Positions 23,071 through 37,431 are shown, counted from the whole stretch's first letter. The stretch: DNA of 63,005 bases, filler included, from Octopus bimaculoides (GCF_001194135.2; 6 parts of 5 records of this genome joined end to end with filler, not necessarily neighbours in it), one strand, 5' to 3'. Notes: generated by a model not told the origin, from the sequence alone. A program made the numbers and translations.

Positions 23071-23959
23071 ATATATATATATATATACATATGTATGCAT
23101 ATATACACACACATACCTATATAAACACATACATACATACATACATACATACATACATANNNNNNNNNNNNNNNNNNNNNNNNNNNNNNNNNNNNNNNNN
23201 NNNNNNNNNNNNNNNNNNNNNNNNNNNNNNNNNNNNNNNNNNNNNNNNNNNNNNNNNNNNNNNNNNNNNNNNNNNNNNNNNNNNNNNNNNNNNNNNNNNN
23301 NNNNNNNNNNNNNNNNNNNNNNNNNNNNNNNNNNNNNNNNNNNNNNNNNNNNNNNNNNNNNNNNNNNNNNNNNNNNNNNNNNNNNNNNNNNNNNNNNNNN
23401 NNNNNNNNNNNNNNNNNNNNNNNNNNNNNNNNNNNNNNNNNNNNNNNNNNNNNNNNNNNNNNNNNNNNNNNNNNNNNNNNNNNNNNNNNNNNNNNNNNNN
23501 NNNNNNNNNNNNNNNNNNNNNNNNNNNNNNNNNNNNNNNNNNNNNNNNNNNNNNNNNNNNNNNNNNNNNNNNNNNNNNNNNNNNNNNNNNNNNNNNNNNN
23601 NNNNNNNNNNNNNNNNNNNNNNNNNNNNNNNNNNNNNNNNNNNNNNNNNNNNNNNNNNNNNNNNNNNNNNNNNNNNNNNNNNNNNNNNNNNNNNNNNNNN
23701 NNNNNNNNNNNNNNNNNNNNNNNNNNNNNNNNNNNNNNNNNNNNNNNNNNNNNNNNNNNNNNNNNNNNNNNNNNNNNNNNNNNNNNNNNNNNNNNNNNNN
23801 NNNNNNNNNNNNNNNNNNNNNNNNNNNNNNNNNNNNNNNNNNNNNNNNNNNNNNNNNNNNNNNNNNNNNNNNNNNNNNNNNNNNNNNNNNNNNNNNNNNN
23901 NNNNNNNNNNNNTATATATATATATATACACATATATATATAGGTGCATCCGCGTTGAA

Positions 23960-24375
23960 TCCCACTGCGTAGCACCTTGGGGAAGTGTCTTCTACTATAC
24001 CCTCGGACCGACCAAAGCCTTGTTAGTGGATTTGTTAAAAGGAAACAGAAAGAAGCCCGTCATATATATATATGTGTATGTGTGTTTCTGTATATGTCGT
24101 ATATGTATGTATATACAAACACACACACATATACACACATATATATATATATGTATATATGTGTGTATGTGTATATGCTTGTGCGTCTGTGTTTGTACCA
24201 CCAGCATCGCTTGACAACCGATGCTGGTTTGTTTACGTCAACGTAACATAGCGGTTCGGCATAAGCGACCTGTAGAATAGGCTCACAAAGAATAAGTCCT
24301 GGGGTCGATTTGCTCGAATAAATGTGGTGCTTCAGCATTCCCACAGTCCAATGACTAAAACAAATAGAAGAAAAA
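23960..24375 (+). mobile_element. SINE family B
   Basis: Both halves plus internal TA/TG microsatellite. Confidence 0.75.
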
Positions 24376-24439
24376 GTAAATGAAAAATAATTTATATATA
24401 TCCTCTTCTTCCTAGATTTCCTGTCTGACCACCTCTGTC

Positions 24440-24625
24440 CGGCATTCGCTATCATTGATTTTCTCTCTCTACTTATTTATTTGTTCCTTTCTGTTGAAGA
24501 GTGTAGTCTCGGAACGTAAAAGTCTTTCTCACTTTCCGTGCGTGATACTAATGCATCTATTTGTTGTTTACACACCCGTCTTCGTGTGTTTTAAATCTTT
24601 TTTGTAAATTCCGACTGTATTATAG
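24440..24625 (+). mobile_element. Short interspersed repeat with hammerhead-like motif (diverged copy)
   Basis: Homologous to 41490-41660. Confidence 0.65.
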
Positions 24626-26559
24626 ATATATATATATATATAGATAGATGGAGGGGGAGAGATAGAGAGAGAGAGTGCCCAATGAAAGTTATGAGATTAT
24701 ATTCATCCCTTTATTAAGATCTTATTAGCATATCACGAACATAGTTCATATACATTTAGAATATGTACTTAGATATAAATGATTGTGTAAAATAACAAAA
24801 TGTGCTTGTGTGTGTTTGTGTTTGTGTACGATGGACTTCTTTATTAGTTAATTAAATTTTTCCCAAAATATTCTCTGTAACGTGCTATTAACGTGCACAT
24901 CACCATGATGGCGTGCAAAGGTATTGACCGCTTTATATCCCTCTGATGGGGAAGTGGTATTCACATTCAGACCATCGTTCCTGCGCCTGATGATCGTTTA
25001 AGTAAAATTCTCAATATACATAATTATATTATATAGGTGTTTTTCCTTGTATGATTTATTGTCTAGAGCCATTAATTGACTTAAATCATCACATATTCTG
25101 TCGATACAATAATATAAATTCCATAATAGTTATCGATTTGTAGAAATGGTACAAACTGCATTATTATAAGGAAAACGATTGCATTTAAAATGCACTAATG
25201 ATCTAAAGAAATGACCAAAGAAGAGCATCGTGAAGTCAATCTCATTCAGAAATTAATGTCATTGGAATAATATTAATGGCCCATTTAGCATTTTTTGCGA
25301 CTGGTTTCTGCAATACATTTAGATGCTATATCTGTTGATATTTGTTTAATGTTAAAATTCTTTTGAAGTGTAGCATTTCAAAGTTATAATAGATTTCTCG
25401 CTGTCTAGACATCCAGTTGGTAAACTTGTATAAAGTCAACTATACAGAATATGTTAGAAAATCAACTGGAATAAAAGTTGTCGGATTTTAGCCTACTTTC
25501 TAAGCTACTTCATCAGACCTACATCAGAAAACTATCCAGCAGTAACCAGCACATATTTTGAAACGCTCTATCTTCGATTTTATCGTCCGATACATAACGT
25601 ATATTGAAACGTGTTACGATATTATTTAAGATATGTTCCAACAATACTCTTAAACTTGAATGAACATATTAGATGCCAAATAATATCTCTCGTTATTGTA
25701 TAACAAGATTATGTATGAGCGAATTTTTCAGATACTTCGATGATAAGAAAAAGTGTTGGAAGTTTCAATAATTAACCACAGAACATACATAGAGAAAATG
25801 CTCTGCATTCACTAGTCGTATACTCTTTATCCGTTTGCAACAATAAGGGAAATTATGAATATGTGCAATTATATTGTCATATGAAATTACTTTGATAGCA
25901 TATTAAGAGACGAATCTATATCGTATATTAGTGCAAACATATTGGAATACCTGAATATTACTATTTGGAAAATGCTTTATAATTTACTATTGAACCACGG
26001 GAGGGGTATTATAAGTTGATAATTCCTAATTACCGTAGTTTAAAGATTTTCACTTAGGCTTCGCCTACAAGAAATAAAATTGCTGATGAATAAAAGATGA
26101 TCTTTTGCACCTATCTTGCATACTTTGAGGGCAACTTTGTTTTTAATTATCACTCTTAAATGTTCGAATGTTCAGGAAAATACAGCTTAATGTATAAATG
26201 GGCAAAATTCTCTATAAATACTCCGATAAGCTTAATTATAAAATAGATATTTCTCCTGAGGCCAATGTCTGTCTACATTTGCATACGACTCGGGAATGAT
26301 TACCAATATTGTATTAATCCACATAAAAAAGTGAAAATCATTGATATTGTGAATTTTCTTACAGAAAATCAATAGAGGAAAGGGGATAAGTCTGTATGGC
26401 GTAATGAAACTTGTTAAATAGTAATATCTATAAATTACTTGAAACTGTCGCAAAATCAGACTTACCTATTTAATGTTACAATCCGATCAATGCAGCGCTG
26501 ATTCAGTAACTTTCACTTCATATTCAATTACTCAACTATCAAGATGTCAACACTTCCAT

Positions 26560-26710
26560 GCTCTTGAAAGCTTGCTTCCCAAATAAATGATTCCGGTTTC
26601 AGTCTTACTGCGTGGCACCTTCAGCAAATGATTTCTTCTGCAACCTCTTGTCAACCAAAGCCTTGTGAGTGGATTCGGTAGACGGAAACTGAAGGAAGTC
26701 CATCATATAT
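26560..26710 (+). mobile_element. SINE family B, 5' half
   Basis: CTGCGTGGCACCTT...AAAGCCTTGTGAGTGGATT.GGTAGACGGAAACTGAA. Confidence 0.7.
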
Positions 26711-28457
26711 GTAATGATATTAATAATAAAATTATAATAATAAGACATACATGAAATTTATAAATATTTTAATGCATTACTGCTCGCGTATCCACTATTT
26801 ACGTGTTTCTTACGATCATAGCCTGTATTCCTGGGAGGATTACAGTAGCGTCCGTAGTATCCATGGAGTTCGGGTGTGTCATAGTTCATGTCTTCACTTC
26901 TTCAGGCGGCTATATGGCACTAACTTTGGAAGCAACGAATGTATAATTCAAGGATGTTTATCAATTTTGATCAATTAAATGTTCGGCTGAATTATGTCGG
27001 CATTTCTGTGGGAATTTGGCAGGGAGGAATAGGAGGTGATGGATAGATAGAAAGGAATAATAATTCATTAAAGAAGTGGAAGAATGTGTGGTTATATTAG
27101 ACTTGTTTTGATATTTGTGTATGTAGATGTAGGGATGGACAGCATAGTTCATTGGCTTCACCTTAGTCACAACATGCGTTTCCTCAACGAATTGAGACGT
27201 TGTACATTGAGGAAGTAAAACAATTTTGTTGTGGACGTGCATTGCCTCAGTTGACAAATGGCGTTCTCTTAAAGGGTCCTTTTTATTTTATTTATTCTGC
27301 TGTTACAAGGATATTGTATACAGCAAGACTTGTTTTCCTTTTGTTTAGTTGGTTTATATGTCCTTCACTTGTTCCATTATATACGAATGAAGCTTAGTGC
27401 TTTGTGTTTCAAATTTTTTTTTGAATTCTAGGAAGGATATTACTATATCTCTTCTACACTATATCAGCTTAAAACTACTATTACAAGCAGATATCATTCG
27501 GTTGCAGCCTAAAATGAGGTTTATTAATTTGAGCTATACAGCCGCTTTCCATAACCGAATTTAAAGCATATATGTGTGTATGTATGTTTGTGTGTGTGTA
27601 TGTATGCATGTATGTATGTACGTATGTATGTTTGTGTGTATGTATGTATAGTCATTTCAATTAAAATATTCCTTCTCTATTTTTGTTCAGAGAGACTTTA
27701 AAACGAAGAACTGAAAGTGAATCATATTCCTGGGTCAAAAACGGAATATATCGACCATTTTAGAAAGGCAAACGGACGATTGCTTCTTCGTGAAACAGAA
27801 ATTGGTTATTAGCATTTTGCCAACATCTCCAAAGATGTGATTCAACTCGCAAATACCATTCAGGATTTATTTAAAAAGTATCATAGCCTGAATTAGAATT
27901 ACATCTAACAAAATAAATAAGTAAATAATTGGATAATTAAATACATGTAGAACACTTATTATCTGTTTGCTTAAAAATCAAAATATTTTCACATATGATG
28001 TGTTCAAAATATATGCTTTAGCATCCTATTATACAAAATAACAAAATATATCTGGGTAAAGAACGTTTTTAAATTACCAGTAAATATACATAAAATTGCT
28101 GACAGATTGTATGAAATCAGAATATCTGCAATAAAATAATATAGTCAACATAAGTAGCGCAATAAAATCAATAAAGCAAAAATGATAGATATATATTTTT
28201 TAATGGAACATATCACGTATAAAGCAAATATTTATATCAATAACATTTGTTACAACTTTGTCTCGGAGAAATGATGAAATTTATATCTACCTATATATAC
28301 ATATAATATATTTACACACAGACACGCGCGTACGCACACAGGCACAGGCACACATACACACACACACACACACGCACACACATGTATACATATAGGAATA
28401 TATATATGTATGTATTATATATGTATATATATATGTATGTATGTATGTATATATATG

Positions 28458-28499
<42 letters not shown>

Positions 28500-31302
28500 N
28501 NNNNNNNNNNNNNNNNNNNNNNNNNNNNNNNNNNNNNNNNNNNNNNNNNNNNNNNNNNNNNNNNNNNNNNNNNNNNNNNNNNNNNNNNNNNNNNNNNNNN
28601 NNNNNNNNNNNNNNNNNNNNNNNNNNNNNNNNNNNNNNNNNNNNNNNNNNNNNNNNNNNNNNNNNNNNNNNNNNNNNNNNNNNNNNNNNNNNNNNNNNNN
28701 NNNNNNNNNNNNNNNNNNNNNNNNNNNNNNNNNNNNNNNNNNNNNNNNNNNNNNNNNNNNNNNNNNNNNNNNNNNNNNNNNNNNNNNNNNNNNNNNNNNN
28801 NNNNNNNNNNNNNNNNNNNNNNNNNNNNNNNNNNNNNNNNNNNNNNNNNNNNNNNNNNNNNNNNNNNNNNNNNNNNNNNNNNNNNNNNNNNNNNNNNNNN
28901 NNNNNNNNNNNNNNNNNNNNNNNNNNNNNNNNNNNNNNNNNNNNNNNNNNNNNNNNNNNNNNNNNNNNNNNNNNNNNNNNNNNNNNNNNNNNNNNNNNNN
29001 NNNNNNNNNNNNNNNNNNNNNNNNNNNNNNNNNNNNNNNNNNNNNNNNNNNNNNNNNNNNNNNNNNNNNNNNNNNNNNNNNNNNNNNNNNNNNNNNNNNN
29101 NNNNNNNNNNNNNNNNNNNNNNNNNNNNNNNNNNNNNNNNNNNNNNNNNNNNNNNNNNNNNNNNNNNNNNNNNNNNNNNNNNNNNNNNNNNNNNNNNNNN
29201 TATAGCTATATATCTTCACTGCTAGTAAAACATTTTTGGTTTAGTTTATTTACTATTTCACATGCTAAGCTATACCGATTTCCTTATTATGGACCACATT
29301 ACATTTTACATCGACTGCTATTGAAGGTACTTTCTGAAGTGAAAAGAAATTGACATAGCCTCAACGAGAAAGTAAACTGCTCTAATGGTTGATGCCTTTT
29401 GTATTGCTGTTTTCCTTTCCCATTGAACATAGTCTACTCATATAGAGTCAGGCAATTAAATATGCCGTATGCCTCATCTACTTTGATTGATTATTTCCCA
29501 ACAATAATTTTCCCCATTCCAAACATGGAAGAACTTAGGCATTCGTTCGCAGATATAGTATAAACCTTTCTAACATTCACTTGTTTGATTGTTTAACAAT
29601 ACTTTTTCCAGTTTTCCCTTAAATGTGGTAACTCATAGAAAAAGTGAACAAATTGTAGGAATGATAATGTCTTGTATATAATGTCTTAAGTGATAAACCA
29701 ATTGATAAAAGGTTAAGATATATGGAGAAAGCAAATGTATGTAAAGCATTATCAATCTGTTTAATAATTAACTTGTAAATTTTCATTGACTAACGTCTTA
29801 GATTTTATTTTATGAAAAAGGGGTAAATATATAAGTCACACGCGGTACCCACATTTCTTAACATACGTGTCTGTAAATGAAATTTAATAAACGCAGGAAT
29901 CGCTACCGTGCACGTTCAAATATAAATACTAACAAAGCGCATTTGTGAAGTCTAAATTTATAACATTGCTTTCGAATCTAAATTTAGGATATACAGAATA
30001 TACGGTTTGAAATGACTAAATCACTAGAGTAGATTTGAAGTTTATTTAATTATGCGTATAAATAATTGCTATACTCTTTCGAAATTACGACGTTTATGGG
30101 AAAATGAAAAAAATAGAGGAGTAAATGTGAACGGTCTGAATCATGAATGTTATTCTTCATTTAAACGACAGATTCTCCAAATGACACACGGAAGCAATGT
30201 GAGAGAAGGTACATTTCCCTTGAGTATTAATCTGAAGACATTTTGGGTACACATCATCATGTCCCAAATTAAAACGTATATTTACATATATACATAAATA
30301 TGCTTCTTTATGAAGTCTGATACGCGAATCTTACACTAAGGTTTTAAATATTCATATTCTAAATGCATTAGTAATTCGATATAAGATTGCTTGAGATTTA
30401 GAACAGTTATTGGAGTGTGGGTGTTGATCTATATTTCAAGTACATCGTCTGTGGAATCATTGTTATTTTATGAAATCATATAGCGGGGGTGTTATTGTAC
30501 TTTGGCATTCACATCAAATACATTCACTCATTGCAGTGAATCCATTCAGTACAATGTTCTATATTCATGAAACCGAAAAAAGACAACCTAATTTAAGAGT
30601 TCGTGTTCACTGTCACAAAATGAGGATCAGCAATTTATAGGATTTCGAAATGAAAATATTTAAAATAATTTGATTTGTATAACCCGATCTGGATTACGAG
30701 GCGAAATGTGATGTCCACATATTTGAGATTCTGCCCGAAACTGGCAATATTTTTAACTACAATTTCATAAAATATTCAACAAAGAAATTTTTGATTTAAT
30801 GTAATGAAGTAGCATAAACATGTTTCTGTTCAGACCCACGAATATTTTGTACACAATGTCTTTCAGTGAACGTGCAAATCATATATGTATATATGTCTAA
30901 GTCTGCAGCCACAATGTAGGAAATTCGTTCTGATTTTGAATACGTTATTTTCACAGGAAATGACAATGCGAATCTGTATTACATGATCGACTATTGCAAT
31001 GCTTTATTATCGGCATGCATTATTATTAAATGCGTTTTGTCCAATTTGGACAGAGAAATGGTAAAATATGAATATTTATTTTAGACACCCTTGTGATGTG
31101 TGTATGAAGATAAAAAATATGTATATATTATCTTAAATACTGTATTTTCTCGTACAAATATCGCACCCTTAAGACTTGTAATTTTTCTTTCCCATTCATA
31201 TTTAAATGTACTATCAGTAAATTCTCATAATTGCATTTCAGTTGAAATGAATTATAAAATAGTAGGATTTATACACAAATAAACATAGTATACCTTTAAA
31301 AA

Positions 31303-31552
31303 GATGTTTCCTTCTCTAACCATGCCAGCCACATGAGTTGCTGTTTCCCAGTTTCAGTGGCGTATATATTTCCCACCTGCACGGGACACCATTCTGTCGC
31401 ACGATTACTCAATTCTGCCAGCTTATTGTAGTGGAACAACGTGAAATGAAGTAGTTTGCGCAAGAACACAAGGTGTTTCCCCATCCAGGAATCGAAAGCA
31501 CAATCTTACGATCATGAGTCTGACACCCTAACTACTGAGCTACGCGCCTTCA
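31303..31552 (-). mobile_element. tRNA-derived SINE family E (V-domain-like body)
   Basis: Head GGCGCGTAGCTCAGTAGTTAGG...TTCGATTCC; body GTGCGACAGAATGGTGTCCCGTGCAGG resembles the V-SINE domain as recalled. Confidence 0.65.
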
Positions 31553-33001
31553 CTGGAATATCATAATTCGTTGATCACAATTTGGATCAAGCTAAACGAA
31601 AACCTCAGTTATGTGCTAAATAATTACAGGGGTGCATTTAGTACATATATTAATATCAGCTGATGTTATCTAATTGTTCGTTATAGGGGGCGAAATTAAC
31701 TGTCCTCGTGTTTACTGATACTTCTGTATGACATATTAATTTCCGATTTAGTGATACGTCGCAAGATTGAAATCATGTCACCTAAATATAGTGATTGACG
31801 TAAGCCTAAATTCCTCCATATCGTATCCGTCCATACTGTGGTACACTCCGATCAGCAATTGAACTGAAATCCGTGGCACAGTCTCACACAATACGGAATC
31901 TAAATTGCAAGCATGTGACCTTGAACGAAACTTCTTAATGAAATATATCAAGTTTTGATTCCATCAATGCAGCTCACTATTTTTCTTCACAATTTGGCCA
32001 CGAAGCAGAATTTCCATTTTCGTCCGATTAGTTCAGGGAAAATTCAATCAGTTACATAGAAAATTATGTATTTAACATAATTGCATCACCTCAGTACATC
32101 GGTTCCTTCTACAATCGTTTATTCTGAAAGAGACAATTAGCAAGATTTCTACATTTGCATTTGTGATAGGGCAATTGTATAGCAATTCATGCTGAAACCT
32201 GTGACCCAACATTATCAAATCAGCTGTTGTTAACCTCAATATAATGACGATTAAAACTATTATCATAAATGATAGAATACGGCATAGTTGTATAAGTAAT
32301 GAGATATGGGATGATACGGGTTGATATGCACACACAAAACGGCCTTATTCGATTTAAGCCGATTAACAAAGAATAATTAGATGTGTGTGTGTGTATATGT
32401 GTGATTGTGTGTGTGTGTGTGTGTGTTTATAAATACATATTCACACACACACACACACACGCATATATATATATATATATATATAAATCAGGCGAGATTT
32501 TTCAGGTCCGGAATCCATTTTATGATAAGTATTCTTGTCCATGATTGACCGAGGGTTAAGGTTTCCATCAACGTAACAATTTTACTGATGCGCCGTATCG
32601 ATCTGCAGTAAATCTACACCACAATATGTCTGCAATACACTTTATCATCTGTGATTTATTTGTGTTGGACGACAAATCAGTAGCAATCCAACTGATTATT
32701 GATAATTTATCGAAAACTAAACGTAAAATTTGCTTTGAAAACCAGTACATGACATATCCGATTGCATTTTTCTAATTTGTTTTATCTTTTACTTGTTTCA
32801 ATCATTAGACTGCAGCCAAACTGATTCACCTTTTTAAAGAGTCTTTTAATTGAGTGAATCGACTCCAGTACGTTTTTGTAAGCCTTGGTACTTAAAGATA
32901 TCCAACACGTGTTATCAAGCGGTTGTGAGATCAAACAAAAATACAAAGACACGCAGACATATGCACATGCGTATACATTCATCATGTACACGGGTGCGCA
33001 G

Positions 33002-33042
<41 letters not shown>

Positions 33043-35015
33043 CATCAGACACATGCACATGCGCACACATCACACACACACAAATGTATATGTACAAGAG
33101 TTTCCTTCAGCTTCTGTCTGCTAAATGCTCCCTTAAGACTTTGGTCATTTCAGGGTAATAATAGATAGCACGTGTCCATGATGCCACTGAATCCGGAACC
33201 ATGAAGCTGAGAAACAAGTTTCTTATTAAAAAGATTTGCCACTGATGAATCTAATTATGGTGGTGAGCATTCAGTATTTTAGATGTATCTAACACTTTAT
33301 TTTTCAATCTGCCAACTTTTAGATATTAAAAGACTGGCAGTGATTTCAGAAAAAAACAAAATCCTTTTAATTTAGCAGACAGACTCACTCTCTAAGAAAT
33401 CCATTGGTGGTTTTCAAGACGAGAGTTCCACCATTTCCAAACCAATACATGTTTAATGATTAGTTTTCTGTTCACGGTTGTGAAAAAAATGCAATAAAAG
33501 GATAAGTGAAATGATATATCAAATTACAATGAAGGCAGCCGCCGGATATATGGCCTGCTAAATCAGTTAATTAATCCAGCTCTGATTAAGCTTTTAAATA
33601 TTTCACGTAATTACTCTTTTGATGGTATTCACTTAATTGTGACCAACACAACTTAATTCTGCATTGTTGATCACTTCTGTGAATTTAATATTTTATGAAG
33701 AAATCATGAAACTATTAAAATAACCCTTTCTTTACTAAATCATTGTTCAAAGATAATAACCACGACAGCATTTTCTAATGTATACTTTATCCATTCAATA
33801 TAGTATTTAATGTTCTTATCGAATATATCGTTATATACATGCGAATAATTAAGATATTGGAACACAAGTAATTTGCTTATATTCTTCTAAAGTATTATTG
33901 CAGAATATAAGCAATAAGTGAGCAACAAGCATATGACAATATATAAAAATAATATAAATTGGACAACGACGATATATCAATACCGATAAAGATTCTATGT
34001 AACAGAATTATTGATCATGTGGAATAATTATAATGGAAATATTAAGATTGAAATACTAATGAAACTTCTAAAAAGTTTTCCTAATATGCGCAATCACTTT
34101 TTCTGAATAAAGTATGTTTAAATCGATTCACGTTGAGTGATCACTGCCGATGATCATAACCCTTTATGGATAAAAAAATAGTGAAGAAAATACAAAATGC
34201 CGTGTAGACTTCAATATTACTTGATGTACGATGCAAACTTACAATAAATCAAGTGGAATTTCATTTTCCGCTGATTGGACATGTTCAAACAATAACAGTT
34301 TATTTTAATGAGCCGGAAATTAGTTACTATGTGTACAGATGCATATCAGCTGTTCAGCGATCGATTATTTTAAAGAATCGACAATTTACTGCTGGCTTTG
34401 TATACCTTTGTAAGACTATACATGTTATGCCATAAATATCGGAAATCTGTACCTACAGAGGTCTCTTTATATGGACAATGTCACAGTTATACATGATATA
34501 TTAGAGTTTGTTACACAATCAATACACAAGACAGATAGTAGGAGAGCGAGCCAGAAGAACGCAAGAAAAGACATGTTTTGATGGTACTGTTTTGATGGAA
34601 AATATACTTTATGCTCACTTAATGCTTCTGTTTTATAGCAATATGCGCTTTCTCTATGTATGTTCTTTGTTGTTGTTTAAGTACATGCAGAAAATTTACA
34701 ACGTGACCATCTACACTTAGAATTCCGGTCAACCGAAATAGATTTTTTCAACAGAACTGTTACGCAAGTGATACCGTACAGTCACTATGTTGCTATTTTT
34801 CTCTCGTTATCTACGATAATGTTGTATGGAGGTATACTGTTTTGGATGTAGGAGATATGTTTAGTTCGGATTGAAGGAGGAGAATAAGGTGTGTGTTTTT
34901 ACTAATAGCTATTTCATAGGGATTGCACAGCTATTTGAATGAAATATTTTGAATGTTACGTAAATACGACTCTTGCGAATGTTGGTAATCCGTGATAATT
35001 GGTCAATAATTAGGT

Positions 35016-35135
35016 GGTGGCGTAGCTGTGTGGTAACATGTTGACTTCTCGAGCACATGGTTCCGGGATCAGCCCCATTGCATGGACTCAGTGGCGAATA
35101 TCTTCTACTTTTACCTTGGAACGGGCAAAGTCTTA
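35016..35135 (+). mobile_element. SINE family B, 5' half (diverged)
   Basis: GGCGTAGCTGTGTGGTAA...CACATGGTTCCGGG. Confidence 0.6.
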
Positions 35136-35160
35136 TATATATATATATATATATATATAT

Positions 35161-35260
35161 NNNNNNNNNNNNNNNNNNNNNNNNNNNNNNNNNNNNNNNN
35201 NNNNTTAATTAATTAANNNNNNNNNNNNNNNNNNNNNNNNNNNNNNNNNNNNNNNNNNNN
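35161..35260. other. Artificial 100-bp assembly spacer
   Basis: 44N-TTAATTAATTAA-44N. Confidence 0.95.
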
Positions 35261-35313
<53 letters not shown>

Positions 35314-35603
35314 ACACACACACACACATTTATATGAAAGAAAAAAATTGTATGTGTGTGCGTGTCTGAAAATGCATTCATGATGAATTTTCTATTTATT
35401 TTGAAGAATATAAAGAATTCATCAAGATAGTGATTTAGCTCCTATGTCTAGCACATCGTTCAACGACGCACAGGCAGCGGGTTGACTGACGTTCTTCTCT
35501 CCTCCATAACAGCTGTTCATGACGGGCGCAAGCGCTTCGATATGTTGTATACGAATGTATGTGTGTGCGTGTGTGGGTGCGCGCACGTGCACGTGTGTAC
35601 ACA

Positions 35604-35750
35604 GGCGTGGTTGTGTGATAAGAAGCTTGCTTCTCGACCATATAGATCCGGGTTCAGTCCAACTGCGTGGCACCTTGGGCAAGTTTCTTCTACTATATAG
35701 CCTGGGGCCGACTAAAAAAGCCTTCTGGAGTTGATTAGCCCGTCGTATAT
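35604..35750 (+). mobile_element. SINE family B, 5' half
   Basis: CCGGGTTCAGTCC.ACTGCGTGGCACCTTGGGCAAG. Confidence 0.75.
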
Positions 35751-36536
35751 ATATGTATGTATGTGCGTATGTATATATATGTATGTATATATACCATCTA
35801 TTTTTATACTTTATTTCATTTTACCATCTATTTTTATATTATATATTCCATATTCTATATCCCACATTAATTTTACAAGAATATAAATAAAACATCACCT
35901 TGGAATCCTCTGTGTAGTTGGTTGATCCACTACTCAGGAAGAGACTATTCTAGAGTACGTCCTGTCTGGTCTTCGAAACGTCTAGATAGAATAGAGACAG
36001 CTGATGAAGGGATATTCCAGGGGGCTTTCCGTTTTCCTATGTGTTCGTTCCGTTGTCTGTAGTTTATTGTTCTAACGTCCTGTACCCTGATATGCATGTA
36101 TATACACATGTAGATGTGAGTATGTACATATATGTGTGTATACATGTATATATATTCTTTGTATTATATATATATATATATATATATGTATGAATATGTA
36201 TGTATATATAAATATATANNNNNNNNNNNNNNNNNNNNNNNNNNNNNNNNNNNNNNNNNNNNNNNNNNNNNNNNNNNNNNNNNNNNNNNNNNNNNNNNNN
36301 NNNNNNNNNNNNNNNNNNNNNNNNNNNNNNNNNNNNNNNNNNNNNNNNNNNNNNNNNNNNNNNNNNNNNNNNNNNNNNNNNNNNNNNNNNNNNNNNNNNN
36401 NNNNNNNNNNNNNNNNNNNNNNNNNNNNNNNNNNNNNNNNNNNNNNNNNNNNNNNNNNNNNNNNNNNNNNNNNNNNNNNNNNNNNNNNNNNNNNNNNNNN
36501 NNNTGTGTGTGTGTGTGCGTGTGTTTTGTCGCCCAG

Positions 36537-36797
36537 TAAAGGCGCGTGGCTTAGTGAGTTCGAAAACTGGCGGCGTAAGGACATTTTATTTCCTGTTGCT
36601 CCAGTTCACTCAGCTGCCAAAAATGAGCTGTACCAGTAATTCAAAGGGCCAGCCATGTCACATCGTGTCTCGCATTGAATCTCTTTCAAAACCTACTTTA
36701 AGGGTACGCATGTCTGCGGAGTGCTAAGCCACTTGCGCGTTAATTTCACGAGCAGGATGTTCCGTTGATCGGATCAACTGGAATCCTCGCCGCCGTC
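36537..36797 (+). mobile_element. SINE sharing the family D 3' tail but with a different body
   Basis: GTAATTCAAAGGG...GGAGTGCTAAGCCACTTGC.CGTTAATTTCACGAGCAGG..GTTCCGTTGATCGGATCAACTGGAA. Confidence 0.7.
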
Positions 36798-37293
36798 CCC
36801 TCCACCAGTTGAGAAAACCAGTGTTGGATTGTTTACATCCTCGCAACTCAGTGGTTCGGTAAAAACCATAGAATAAATATCAAACTTAAAGAAAAAATAT
36901 AATAGTGGGGTCGATTCATTTGAATATAAGTTCCAAAAGGCGGTGCTCCAGCATGACCGCATCTAAGGACAGAAACAAGTAAAAAATATTTTCTACACAG
37001 ACACACGGCGCACAGAATACGTAACCTCGTTTTAAATATGAATCAAAACGAACAACTTTACAATTTTAACTCTTGTACTGAGGGTCCGTTCCGTTTCTCC
37101 AGATAAATTTACCAAAACCATCCGTGTGTAGCTCACAGCAGAACCAAAAATTACTTCAAACATAATCTGGTGACATGCACGTAAGGATACAGACACACAC
37201 ATATTATATATATATATATGCATATAAGTATGCGTGTATATCGAAAATGTGTATGTGTATATGTATGTATATATATATACATGTATACACACG

Positions 37294-37377
<84 letters not shown>

Positions 37378-37431
37378 TACAGGTATGTGTGTGTGTGCGC
37401 GTATATATATATAATATATACGTATATGTGG

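Noticed and set aside
25470-25520. Minus-strand CTGATGA followed by a 7-bp hairpin
   Set aside because: The required GAAA after stem II and a stem I partner are missing.
27691-27920. Terminal exon after a strong acceptor (TTTTTGTTCAG) with AATAAA near 27912
   Set aside because: Early stops in all frames, no recognisable product and no upstream exon to link to.
35960-36030. Hammerhead from GAAAC...CTGATGAAGGG
   Set aside because: Elements are in an order and spacing that do not yield stems II and III.
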